Assembly: GCF_964204645.1 (NCBI RefSeq)
Contig: NC_134034.1
Location: 3,861,814 to 3,925,813 of the forward strand
From: Tubulanus polymorphus
Taxonomy: Eukaryota; Animalia; Nemertea
DNA: 64,000 nt
Reading direction: 5' to 3'
Part shown: positions 37,497 through 50,900 of the stretch, one piece after another
Numbering within the stretch: position 1 is the first letter of the stretch
Layout: every line of letters begins with the position of its first letter
Translations under genes and position numbers: made by a program
The notes under the pieces: generated by a model
Database searches by the model: none
What the model was told of the DNA's origin: nothing
Seen by the model: only the letters and a program-made list of their open reading frames with translations

Positions 37497-38414
37497 TTCT
37501 ATGTACGTATTGACTGTACTCGCGCATGCAGTCCTATAGTCAGAAGCACCTTCCGAAATATGATTGAATCAATATTTCACTGGAGAAGTAGAGCCACGAA
37601 CTGTGTTATGAAAAATAAGAAAATCGAGAAATTCTTGCGATGGTGAGCTTCCAAAAATCTATACAGATTACAACTCGGTGACGGTAGTTCCAGGCGCATG
37701 CTTTCGTAAATTGAATCATATAGTTTATTGGATTAAATTTGTAACTTGTAATTTGTAAAGGTTAGTCAGTCACAAGATTCCACCGAGTTTAACTCCCGAC
37801 CGAGAGAGGTTCTAGTCGGACATGGCTTCGTAATGATGCCATCAGTTATTAATGATATTCTGTGTACTATGCATCGAGATGCCTGGCGTTATGGTAGATT
37901 TACTCCGCACGTATCCATCATCCCATTCAAGCATATACGTGCAAATTTGAGCAGTCTCATTAATTTTGTTGTCATATTCCACAAATTTGTTCGTCATAAT
38001 TCAAGGACATGGAAAATCTGAATTTAGAATAATGACGCTCCGCTACTGTGGCATTCGAGGATTCCACGTAAGGCAGGCGAGGACTCGCCAGGTTCGCTAG
38101 TTGTTTAGGTCTCCCGTTTTCGATTTCTTTAACAATTCAATTAAAACTGAATTAACTTTTCTCAAGTGAATTAATTTTTAATCAAAAGCGATACCGATAT
38201 TTGATAACACCCTTAGGGCTACCTGTTTGAGAAAAGAAACGCCCTTTTTCTTGATGCTAAATGTCATCATGATATAGAGGACACTTCATCATCAGCTATC
38301 AAGAAACTACCCGGTACTCTTCTGTTTTTGAAAAGGACCTTAAAATTAAATCGCATTTCATGGAACCATTGAAAAGCGCCGTGATGGCAAAATTATCAAA
38401 GAATTTGAAAACGA

Positions 38415-38545
38415 CTTATCTTTGTCTGGCCTCCTCCCCTATACCTGTCTAATGATTGCGTTGAACTTGCCTGGAGATATTATACCTCCACCAGCATAGC
38501 TTCTCGATGGTCATGGAGGTACACAGCTACTACACCGCGTTAAGG
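38415..38545 (-). mobile_element. RTE-clade LINE/SINE 5' region relic
   Basis: Minus strand reads accttaacgcggtg...atgacc...gagaagctatgctggtggagg...gacaggtataggggaggaggccagac, resembling RTE 5' UTRs. Confidence 0.45.
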
Positions 38546-38674
38546 TGTGTCAGTCACGTATTAGTTGTAGGAGACCGTTCATAAACCTGATGTCAATGTC
38601 AATGATCTCGATGTGAAAAACGCAGTAGGCCTTTTGCGGATGTACTTTACGAACAATTCCTTTTAGTAGTATAA

Positions 38675-38932
38675 CAAGGTCCGATCTAAGGGATGAAAGC
38701 TACTTGCCCGGGGGCAAGCATATCTGAAATTCTGCATGCCCTCTCCAAAAGCTACTTGCCCTACACATGCAGTTTTTGATTGGTGGCACTTTCATCCGTG
38801 GTGTCGAGTGGGAAAAAAGCTTTGTGACATAAAATTGCACAAGCCCGGGCAACAAGTGATAATGATACCTACTTGCCCTGATGAGAATATACTTGTCTCG
38901 GGCAATCGGACGAGTGTTTAGATCGGACCCTG
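38675..38932. mobile_element. MITE with CAGGGTCCGATCTAA TIR (hAT-like)
   Basis: caaggtccgatctaa ... ttagatcggaccctg, with gtataa on both flanks and internal acttgccc repeats. Confidence 0.75.
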
Positions 38933-40002
38933 GTATAAGTCTTCATCATCAGTAAAACGATTAATATTTACGTAAGTGCATTGGTGGGCGCTATTTTTCA
39001 GCTTGTGCTTTAGTTTAGTTTCATAATGTCTGGTTTGTTTATTGCTGAGCTGGTAGAATGATTAAAACAACAACAAAAAAGATATTCAAGTGGTCAGCAT
39101 ACTTGGAGAGGACTGTTCTTTGAGTGAATGAATCGTTTGATTTATTTTCTAAATAAGTTAGAAATCAGTAATGAATAAGTACATTTACATTGATGAATAC
39201 TTAGGGTCCCTTACGAAACGATATTCAGTCACTGCAGCTCCTAGATCATTGTTTATAGAATCCGTTATTGTCTTCTCTGCCGCTACGGAATCAATAGTAG
39301 GCCCCTTATCCACCATCATCCACAGTTAGATCGTAAATCGTTACTGGCCTTTCGACGAGGTTTAGCAGAAATGAGGGTAGAAAATCGTCATTCGGTCAAA
39401 CAATACTTTGAGCGTTAATTTGATTACAATTTACAGGTAAATTGAAATTACAACTGCCATGTTGACTGGTACGAAAGGTCTGTATTTTGTATTTTTCCTT
39501 ACTTTTGAATTCTCTTTCCAAGTCGGATTTTTGATATTGCTCGGAGAGCCTGCCCCTGGTTTGAATTACGCTGTTGGGTACGAAAGGTTTGATTTAATCG
39601 GGATTTCTTGCGCGGTTGTGTCGAGGCTTTTAAGAGGCCAGGGGCGTCCTCGGCTTGGCGGTCGGCGTCGAATAGACTGGTTCGTATTGCCCGTAACAGT
39701 GACCTGAACTACATTCAGCCCAACGCTTTTACCAGGGCGCATTTAATCCTTCCGCCCAGGTATAGTTCTTAAAGGTAAATCATTCTTCCGGGTACAGTAT
39801 AGACACATAATCGAATCAGCCATAAAAAACTTAAGAAAACATTTTTGGATGATTTCTGAAAGATTTATCATTGTAACACATGTAGAAAGCATGAGCACTG
39901 TTAGTATTCAGATTAGCCTTTCAATCGGCAGCTGTACCCTTTAAAACAAACACTAGAATATGGGGTAACAATACAATGGTGTCGGAGAATATTCCTTGCG
40001 TT

Positions 40003-40583
40003 GGGGAAGGTGATTGTGGCGATGGAGGTGATGCTGAAGAAGGCGAAGGTGATGCTGGAAAAGGTGATGGTGGTGATGCTGGAGAAGGCGATGGTGATGC
40101 TGGAGGTGATGGTTGTGATGCTGGAGACGGTGATGGTGGTGATGTTGGAGAAGGTGATAGTGATATAGGTGATGATGGTAATGCTGGAGTTGATGGTTGT
40201 GATGCTTGAGAAGGTGATGATGGTGATGGTGGTCATGTTGGTAATGCTGGAGATGATGGTTGTGATGCTGGAGAAGGTGATGTTGGAGAAGGTGATAGTG
40301 ATATAGGTGACGATGGTGATGATAGTAATGCTGGGGTTGATGGTTGTGATGCTGGAGAAGGTGATGATGGTGATGGTGGTCATGATGGTGATGCTGGAGG
40401 CGATGGTTGTGATGCTGGAGAAGGCGATGGTGGTGATGTTGGAGAAGGTGATGGCGATGCAGGTGACGATGGTGATGATGGTAATGCTGGAGTTGATGGT
40501 TTGATGCTGGAGAAGGTGATGGTGGTCATGATGGTAATGCTGGAGATGATGGTGATGCTGGAAAAGGTGATGGTGGTGATGAT
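40003..40583. repeat. Degenerate GGTGAT/GATGCTGGAGAA minisatellite
   Basis: ~580 bp of triplet-periodic ggtgat/gctgga/gaaggt units with a higher-order repeat. Frames are broken. Confidence 0.9.
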
Positions 40584-41739
40584 CGCAATGTGACAGCTAG
40601 TTGTTCAGTCATCCAGGCCCCCAGTCACGCAGTCGTCCAGTCAATCAGTCAACTGCGCATCGCATGTGGATGAATATAACTATGTGATTCGCCCTGGAAC
40701 TACTTAACCGGATTCGCACTTGGGCCGAATGATCGAGGGTATTCATCCGAGGGATTTACTGCAGTTCTCGAAAATGACACATTAGATCTATTCATGCTCG
40801 GAGACTCGCAACAAACTAACTGACACGCAGTCCCATACCAGATACACCCCTCTAGATCCAAAGTCTACCTCTTATCTATCTATAAATGAAAATTATTTCA
40901 CTCACGAAATTTTACCATAGAAGTGAGAATTTGGCGCATTTGACCAACATTTCAAAAATGTTGCAGCTACATGTGAAACGACTTGAATGGCTCAATTAAC
41001 ATATCCAATATAAATCTCAGAATATTAAAATAACTTTTAAGTTACATGTACGTAGCCTATATATTTTCCAATCGTAATTTGTGATACGGGTATACGTGTA
41101 TCCCGCGTATTTAATTCGAGCCAGATCAATTAAACTTACACGAATCCAGACCTGGATGCCTCAAGTGCCCCCTACACGAAATTTTCGCGAAAAAAACAAA
41201 CACCGTGCACATGCGACACCGTTGAAAAAAGTCAATCAAGTAAATAGATTTTCTTTCAATAATATGATCAGCTTTCAACTTCCAGAAACCACCTTGTTGA
41301 CATTTCACTTGCTATGTTGCGCATGTGCCAGGGAACATGAATTTCAAAACTTTGAAAACGTTCGTACTGTTTGTGCTTCGAAAACATCGTCTACTCGGTG
41401 GGCACGGATCGTTACGCCATTTTAGAGTTAATAACAGCGTGCTGCAGTCATACCCCGCTGTATCTGCCCCTTGTCACCATCACCGTCGATCTACGTAACA
41501 CAAACTACGTTCAAACATTATTTCTTCCAAATAACTGTCAGCATCAACTGTTCGATGAAACAACGGTGTATTGGTGTGCGCAAATAGATACTACGGACAA
41601 TAGTACTAAATATAGTAATTATTTTGAAATCAGGAATGAACGTTGATAATCAAAATGATTACATAGGATTAATTGCTCTCGTTTATTCGATACCGGTGTC
41701 ATTGTATTAATTGTATACGTTTGATTTATTTCATTTTCA

Positions 41740-41939
41740 TCCATTTGGCGTGAAAATCGCCAGATAGGTCGCCGCTTCATCAGAATTATGGCGAATTTGA
41801 CATTTACACCAATTCAATTCAAAATTTATTGCATCCGCTCAATGTCGGGTTCGTGCCCTGCTGACGAGCCGCGCGGCGGACCTCTCGAGGCAGATCTGCG
41901 CGTCAAATCGTTTACTTCCGCGTTCTAAATAAGTTTACT
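41740..41939 (+). promoter_or_regulatory. Putative TATA-less, CpG-rich GTF3C4 promoter/5' UTR
   Basis: CpG-rich patch, ETS-type acttccg at 41914-41920, and an E2F-like tttggcg near 41744. Confidence 0.4.
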
Positions 41940-44900
41940 ATGTTTGTAAACAGTGAATACAGTTTGAATAAAGCGAACTGTTTTAATTTAGGATCTAATC
42001 TGAGTATTTACCGTAACCCGTCTATTCACTGGTCATCAGATAATCGAATAGCGGTATCCACGAACACCGGCGCGTATATCATAGTGAGTATTCTGATGAT
42101 ACCGCTTCTTTTTTTCAAGTTCAATTCAAGTTCGGTTTCCCCTCCTAACTAACCCCCAACTTTCTGAAACCCTATTTTCACCCTCTACTGTCTGTCACAC
42201 ATGCTCTCCGTGCGACGTTTTGGTCCGTTATTTCGTTAATAATCAGTTAATCTGTAAATATTATGCATCAATTTGTTCAGTAAGGAATTTGCATGATTCA
42301 GAAATAAATCATGAACTGGCGGTCATCCTTATTACCGAGATGATGTATTTTACCGAGATGAACCGAGATCAACCGAGATGAAATTAAATATAACATATTT
42401 ATTTATTCCATATCGATTTTAACCATTGAAATCATATTATATCAGTAATAAATGCCTGCTGGGTTCATATTTTACATATTTTGTCGGATATTTTTGGAAA
42501 AATAACTTTTAACTTTACCGAGATGAGATCGTCGATCAATCAAATTCAATGAAATTTTATTGCTAACCGAGTTTACGTTTTTTGAGTCAAAATTTTTTTA
42601 AATAAAAAAATATGTAAAATATGACTCTAGGAGGTATTTATTACTGATATAACGTGATTTCAAGTGTTAAAATCGATAAGGAATAAATAGATATGTTATA
42701 TTTAATTTCATCTCGGTTCATCTCGGTAAAATAGATCATCTCGGTAATAAATATGACCCTGAACTGGCATAAATTTGTTTGAGTTTTCATCTATCAGCGA
42801 TAGTTTATCTAGCATACGCTCGCGTAATGCTGAAAAACGGCTTTTATGGCCCGTCGCGTGGCGCCACCTACTGTATTTTGATATGCTAATGAGCAGGTGA
42901 TGACGTCACTATAACGTTTCCGAGCGTCCGCGGAGCAGATTTTTCAGCATTACGCGAGCGTATGATGAGTAAACTATCGCTCATATATGAAAACAAAGAC
43001 AACTTTAGCAAAAATTGTTGTTTATTTCTGAATGCAAATTCCTCACTGAACAAATTGATGCGTAATTAAGATAGATAAACCGATTATTAACGAAATAACG
43101 GACCAACACGTCGCACGGAGAGCATATGTGACAGACAGTAGACCCTAATCCTAAGTCCAGTATCCTATTGAAAATATTTATTCAGTGTAATTATGTTGTA
43201 AATCTAGCCTATAATGTAGTTCGGCAGTGCTGGGCCCACTTTCAGTTTTAAGCTTAAATCAGTTTGGTTGAACCTTTTCGTGAAACTGGGCCCTGTTCTT
43301 AAAATTTAGGCAGTGGATATTTTGCCAATGCCACATTATTCCAGTTAACGCTATTTTGCCAATGGCTCGTTCTGATTGGCTGATTTACGCTGCGCATGCA
43401 CTTCAGTAATTCAAGGTAATTGTGGAGAACAGAGTTAGAGAAAATAGTGTGAATGGTGAACGGACCCTAAACCTCACCCTCATCCCCTGGCTCTAGTGCC
43501 TAACCCTATCGAAAACCCAACCCTTATAACCCAATGATTTTATTGTTATTTTCATTGTTTTATCTTACGATATATAGCCATTGGCAAAATTTAGTTAACT
43601 AAAATAAAGCCGCGTTCGCAAAATATCCACTTTCTAGAATGTTACTTCAATTATAATTATTTGTTTTTTTCAGTCGCCGCAATGTAACTCAAATGCTATT
43701 CAAACTGGTTTGAATGTTTCAAACCTGTTCTTACCGGCTGAAGATAAAACCTTATCATTTGACGTCGGAATTGATAAGGATAAATTGCTCGATCCTGAAC
43801 AAGGCAATGAAGGTAGGCCTAAGCTTTTTAATGCAACCCGGTGAGGCGGAGGTTGAGAGCTAGTGATCGTTTGTTGAATAGTATATTGTAAATTTTCTAT
43901 TGATTCGATATTCAGGCACAGTATTTTGAGCTGATTTTGATCTCCCACGGGTGGTCAACCTAATCGTTGGGTGTCAGATTTTATAATCGGATGGGCCTAC
44001 CAACTGCGGTTTGTGAAAACATCCAATCTTAAAACTAAACTGCAGACCGGTTACTGACTAATCCCTAGGCTACACACAGAGTTTCCTGATTCTAACTCAA
44101 AATCTACAATCCTTATTCTCCAGATGTCCCCGATCCATATTCTATTAGTGTTTGTCGCAGGTTAAACTGGTCTACCCTTTCAGTGTGTATACACCGCAGT
44201 GCGGTGTATGAATCGGTGATGGATTTTGCCAGTACACCGCACTGCGGTGTTTTGGTGTAATTAGTATTTAGTCTTTATCTCTATTGAAATATGGCAGCAC
44301 CTGTCAAACATAGTGAAATACTAGTAACTAATGATACGCCGCGCCATGGTGTAGACGCACTATAGTGCTATTCCCGTTATTCAACACACTAGGGCGGAAT
44401 TTTTCAGAATTTTCAAATTATCTCCAGCACTATAGGTTCAGCACTATTAGTCAGCACTGAAAGGGTTAAACAGACTAGATGTTATTTATATACCTACTAA
44501 AAGTCTCCTGCACTAGATGCCTAACTACATATTTCTCTAACATCGGTCTTATTTTCACTCAACTGATTCCAGTTTTGCAAGCTCGAGTCGCGCTGGATCG
44601 TACGTTGAACCCGGATGGAGATTTCACGCAATCGTTCAAGGGATTTCTGTCGGTGAAATGGTCGCCGCGCGATATGGACGACTTGGAACGATGCATCTGC
44701 GCGACGCTCACTCGCGACCATCGAATCTGTATCTACTCACTCGGCAAGTCGCACAGAAAACTACACAAGGTCCGGTTTCTTTCGCAAACGATTTATCTTT
44801 CTATTTCAATTCTAGCTTCCATCATCATTCTTAGTTTTCTATGTTTTAAGTTCATATTTTGGCTTAACTGAATTCATCGACCGTGAATTGTTTTGGTCAA

Positions 44901-47900
44901 TCCTTATTGGTTATTATCAATCCCTGGGTTTTATGAAAACAAATTACGACCTGGAAACCTAACGAACACTAGCGACATGCGCAAGTGAAATCTTCTACTA
45001 TTGCCGCAGTAGTTGAGGTCCAGCTGTACAGCAGTGACACCTGGAGGTTGCTCCGCATGCCACAAGTGAAATCTTCTACTATTGCCGCAGTAGTTGAGGT
45101 ACAGCTGCACAGTAATGACACCACCCGGTGGATCCACACTTTCCACAAGGGGAATCTTCTATTGGCGCAGTAGGCTAGTTGATGTCCAACTGCACTGCAG
45201 TGACTCCTGGTGGATCATCACTTTTCACAAGTGGAATCTTCTAGTTTACGTACGTCCTACTGCACGCTAGTGACACCTGGTGGATCCTCTTTGTAACCTA
45301 TATTTCAGGTCGCCGATCTGTCTCGTAAATATCACGCGCTCGTAAAGAAGAACGATTTCGCTTTAGCCGAAGAGAAAACATCGCAAGCGGCCGATAAAGA
45401 ATACGAGTACCATTTATATAGAAATATCCTATACAGTTTAGCGGCAGTAGGTGAGTTACATAAATGTACCTTGTGTAAAGCCCAACGAGTCGGAGAAACC
45501 AATATGGCGTCTCATTCAAAAAGCGGCTCTAATTCAGGCCGAAACTATTAACGTTTTGACCAAAAGGAAGTAAGTTTTTTGGCTAAAAGTTACTGATTTT
45601 TGTTCCCCAAAAAAATTCTTTTTTTTGAAAATATTTTCCGACTTTCAATATAGGCCGTTTTCATCCCTGTAATCCCCTGGCTCCTCTAGTGCCTAACCCT
45701 TGTGTAAAGCCCAACGCACACGGAAAAAAATTTGTTACGCCCAAATCCATGGAGCAATCCATGGAGACAACGATAAACTCAGTAACTCGCATCTATCTCA
45801 AAATGGCGGCGTCCATGCGACAGCGAAAGATTTTATTAGTAATATTGTTAAGTTTGCGAAATCGACGGCGTAGAAGTGTCAATCGACGTGTGTGGCAGCG
45901 TTTCTGGATTGGAAGGCGCATCAGGCAATTCAACTACAAAAAACGTTTTTCGCAAATCAAGCAGTGCTTGTTTCGCAAAAAAAATTTTTTTGCTCACGAA
46001 AAACGTTTTTCGGTTCGGTGTTTTTTGTTTTGCCTCCAACGCGCACGGCACTGAAAAAAAACGTTTTTTTCACGAGCGGTGTGCGATGGGCTTAAGACTG
46101 GCCTTACTCATACATCGGGTTGGTAAAACCAGGTCCCAGTCTCACAAAAAGGTTTAACTCTTAAAATCGATTTAATTTCTTCATTAATTCAGTTTATCTT
46201 AAATCGATTTAGGCCTTAATCCTTTTTGTGAAACTGGGCCCTGGTCAGCCACTCTGGCCGCGGACAAAAACCAATTATTAACCCATTACGTCATTTTGGG
46301 GATGAAAATATCCTGTTAACACTTTCATTGTCCTGGAGCCAGTTTGGCAGTATCTTTAATTCATATGCAGACAACTGATGCACCATCTATCTTAAAATCT
46401 GCGTACCATTTTAAATCTATTTTTTATCTACAACTTCATTCTAATGCTCTCATGGGTTATAGATCACAGTTCCGCAATAATGTTAATAACGTAGTAGACA
46501 TGTTGAATCAACTCGACTTTGAGCGCGAATTTCAACGTTGTGTCAATGTTGTATGCTTGGGTCCCCGGGTCAAAAATTAAAGCAATTTAAATGAAAGAAA
46601 AACCATTCATTTCTGATTGGGCTTTATTGATTATAATGTTTCCTCGATAAAAAAAGCTAGAAATATTGAATTCGAACATTCCGACCATCATGAGAATGCG
46701 ACAACATAGCAAATGCAATGAGCCATGACTGGGCAACACCGGCTGGCCAAACACCTGAACCGCCATCTTTCAGGAAAGTATAAAAACTAAGTTCTCTCTT
46801 GCACGTACATAGAGTTTTAATGCCACGCAATTACTGCTTTACAATCCTGTATTGACGTGCTGAACTCATCATATGCATGTCAAATGTCAATTGCGTACAT
46901 GATGAACCCAGCCAAGTCATATACCGCAAAAAAGGTGAATCCTTTCAGTGCTTACTAATTAATATCCTATAGTGCTGGATGTAATCTAAAAGTTTTGGAA
47001 GATTCGACCCTAGTGTGTTGAATAACGGGAATACCACTATAGTGCGTCTACACCGCAGCGCGGTGTATCGTTAGTTACTAATATTTCACTATGTTTGACA
47101 GTTGCTGCCATCTTTCAATAAGAATAAAAACTAATTACTAACTACATCAATACACTGCAATGCCGTGTACTAGCAAGATCCATCACTGATTCATACACCG
47201 CACTGCGGTGTAGACGCACTGAAAGGGTTGAAAGGCAAAATTCTTCGACGTTCGGGAGAGTTCACATTTTGAAAACGAAACCAATTTTTCAGATTTATCG
47301 TGGAGCCCGAACATGTATCGTACGCAATCGGCGAAAACGGATGAATCGCCGACGTCGAAAGTCTCCAAATTCTGTTTCCTGTCGACGAGTATGAAAGATG
47401 GTAGCGTCGTCTTCTGGAAAATTATAACACCCTGCATCGACAAGTGAGTTCTTTCTGATCGGAATATATTTACCCGGTTGGATCTGATATTTAAGATTTA
47501 GAAATATTTACAATTCAGGCCTAATAAGCTGTTATCACCAAGTTGAACGGTCATTTTTGAGTTGACCCGTCATCTCTTCATTTGAACTGTTATGTCAGAG
47601 TTGACCTGTCATCTCTTGAATGCATCAATTATCTTAAGCTATATCGAATCATTTCAGAGCTAATTGCACGTTATCGATGGTTGAGGACACGGGAATCGAA
47701 TTACCGAACTGCTCGTGTTGGGCGCAAGTCGACGAGCGCAACGGTTACTTCGCGATCGGATTCCTCGACGGACGTCTGCTCGTCTACGGTTACCACGTCG
47801 ACGACGACACCGGCGACCTCAGTCTCACCGAGCCGGTCGACGTTTGGAAGGACGTCGATAAACTGTCGGTCACCGACATCGTCTGGGATAAAGAGGTAAG

Positions 47901-50900
47901 ATCCATTGTCCGTTCCCCCTATGACATCATCAAATATTGCAATGGCTGTTTCCTTAATTAAATCAGGTTCGTGTATGAAATCAGCAAATTGCCTGCTGAT
48001 CTGAAGACCTTTACAACTACCTCCATAAATCAGCCATGACATCATCAAATTACTTGATTAAATGAATGATCTGGGTCCCTGTGACTTTTTGATTCCTGAA
48101 AAAAGTCAAAACAGAAAACGCTTTGAAACCTGGGCTGCTTGAAACTCCTTTTATTTGAACGAAGTGCCCAAAACTCCTCTAAAACTCCACTTCAATTTTG
48201 AGAAATGGGCGATTAAAAATTTGCCTAGTTCGTAGTTGTACAGTAGATTACGCTTTAATTGGTGCAGCTTGAGGAGTAATAAGCAGTTTGGATGCGGGCA
48301 GCTTGAGCGCTAATGGGTTGAATAGCCTTCTAATAAGATCGCTCTGAGAAATGATCCATGCTGCCATCACAAATCACCCTATGACATCATCGAATTCAGC
48401 AATCCGCAGTGCGAACAATGTTGACGATGAATCTATTGTGTACGTGCTTTTTTTCCTGTGACTTCTTTTCAGAGAGATCTGCTGTATTTCGGTAAGGAGA
48501 ACTTCGCGTTGTCCGCAAAGTTAGGAAACCCGGCGAAACCGGAGATGTCGAGCGCGGTTAAAGTGATCCATCGGCTCGACGTCGCGATCGCCGGTTTAGC
48601 GATACACGACGAGTTGTTGATCATAGCTTCGACCGAAAGTGATGTCATCATGTGCCGAAGTTCCGTCGATCCAGGTAATGTCCGCGTGTTAAAAAATACA
48701 GGGAAACCTATCTATAATGAATGCAAGGGTAGACCCAGGATTTTCATCCCCCGGAAAATTTTGAAAACTTCAGTCTCATTTTCATACATTCATTCGTCCA
48801 CTTATATCCAAAGGCACTGCCGATTGTCATGCATATCTTCAAATTTTGATATTTTCTTAAACAATTTCTCCTCAAAGAAGAATACTGTAGTGAAGAATAC
48901 TGTAGTGAAGAATATGATCTTTCGATTGATTATGGGTTGGCGTCGATATTGTTCCGTGGTTGATAAATGGTTATCAGAGTGACTACAGCGACTGTGCTAA
49001 ATCCCTTTACCGACTATTCACGTTTCAATAGTTCCGACTGAGTTTGCCTCGGGGCCACCCGCACAGTGTTGACATCATGGCTGCTGAAGTAGCGAGGCTT
49101 TCGATCCCCCCAAAAGAATGCAGAAAACTTAGCTTAATTTTGGTGGAATCTTTTATTTTTCGCATTAGCTCAATAATAGAATAACCAGTTATCAGCATCG
49201 ATAGAGTATTCGCGTCCACTCCGGTTGGGCTGAAGATATTTCATAAATGGTGACTGTTTTTCAGGGGGGTGGATGTAAAAATGAAATGGGTGGCCGCCCC
49301 TCTAAAACCTATTATGGAGAACAATGCACACCTACGCAGGTCATCACATCAACCATTGTAAAATATTATGACATTCACCTGTCACAGGATTTCTCCCTCC
49401 CTTTCTAGCGGACCCTGCTGGGTACCAATTCTCCTAGATCTGCCGCTAATCTAGTTAATTAGCTAATTACGTAATTCGATTTTAATTACAGAAATCGTTT
49501 ATAGCGACAATCTTTCGAACGATGGTAAGAAGTGGTTATGTCACGGAATCGCTGTGTCTCCCAACTGTGCATTCCTTTCATTCGTTCAAAGTCCGGGATT
49601 TTATTACGACCATTTGAAATTGAGAGATCCGTTGAAGGTAAGAGGGACTCGGCGTCTTACTCGGTAAATTTCGGACTGGGAAATTCTTTGCCGAGTTAAT
49701 CGGACGCATGAATCTACTGTACGACTTGGAAAATATTGCAGCAGCCTCTGATAAAATTCTACCCCAGTTTTCGGTCAAATACTGATAAAGAATTCGAGAA
49801 TTACGGTAGACTTAGCTTAGTCTCCTTACTGCGGTAGGCTTAAACCTTCCAGTGCTGACTAATTAATACCCTATAGTACTGGAGATAATTTGAAAATTCT
49901 AAAAAAATTCCACCCTAGTGTGTTGAAAAATGGGAATACCACTATCGTGCATCTACACTGCGGCGCGGTGTATCGTTAGTTTCTAGTATATCACTATGTT
50001 TGACAGGTGCTGCCATTTTTCAAGAGAGATAATTACTAATTAGGCTACTAATTACATCAATACACCGCAGTGCAGTGTACTAGCAAAATCTATCACTGAT
50101 TTATACACCGCACTGCGGTGTAGACGCACTGAAAGGGTTAAGTTAAGACTGGTTAAATTCTATCCCGAGTTCGTGTCAAATACAAAGGAAGAGTTTGAGA
50201 AATACAGTAGACTCATAGTAGTCGAATGAAGCACTCTAATCCATGTTCACTGTAGAAAATCGAAGAAGTCCCACAATTCAAATGTCCTGTGAGTTCGTAT
50301 GCTACGTTACTTCTATTTCTAGTCATTCCACGTTATCACCCTGTTACGATGGCTGTTAGTCCGCAGCTGAAACATTGTGGTTTCCTTTTCGTAGATTTTA
50401 TCGCATAGAAATTCAAATTGTGGGACTTCTTCGATTATCAGCGGAGGACTTGTCTCCTACTGCCGTAAAGTTGGGTGAAAGTTCAAGTAATACAGTAGAC
50501 TCTGTCCCTTACTCTGTATGTAAATTTATATGCTGTTTTTGGGTCAAATACTAATGTCTATTTCAACCTGACTTGAGAGCATCCCGGGTGGCCTAGCTCA
50601 CTCATTTTTGGTAGTACATGTACATACCTGATAAAGGTCTTAGTAGGACCAGAAAGGACAGGCAGTCGACCTTAAACATCATTTTTCAATCCACTTTAAA
50701 CTGTATTGAAGGATATCCAAAAAGTCTTTATTGAAAGGGTTTCATGAGAGAAAAGAGACTCCATGATTTGAAAGTTTAACAATATGTCTCCATGCCTACC
50801 AACTGAAGTTTGGTTTGTAGGCATGGAAACATATTGTTAAACTTTCAAATCATGGAGTCACTTCTCTTCAATTAACCCCTTTCAGTCAAGACTTTTTGGA

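Noticed and set aside
39913-40583. Low-complexity ORFs (Thr/Ile-rich, Gly/Asp-rich, Met/Val-rich)
   Set aside because: They are alternative frames of one minisatellite with stops and frameshifts, and have no supporting exon structure.
41857-41885. Hammerhead-like ctgacgag-ccgcgcggc next to the GTF3C4 start
   Set aside because: The required GAAA is replaced by GGAC and no convincing flanking stems are present.
44981-45290. Regular ~82-bp repeats resembling a CRISPR array
   Set aside because: The whole unit is repeated and there are no unique spacers. It is an intronic minisatellite.
48675-48982. Extension of the 174-aa ORF beyond GTF3C4 exon 7
   Set aside because: A donor at 48675 (ccag|gtaatg) joins in phase to exon 8. 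The remainder is intronic read-through.
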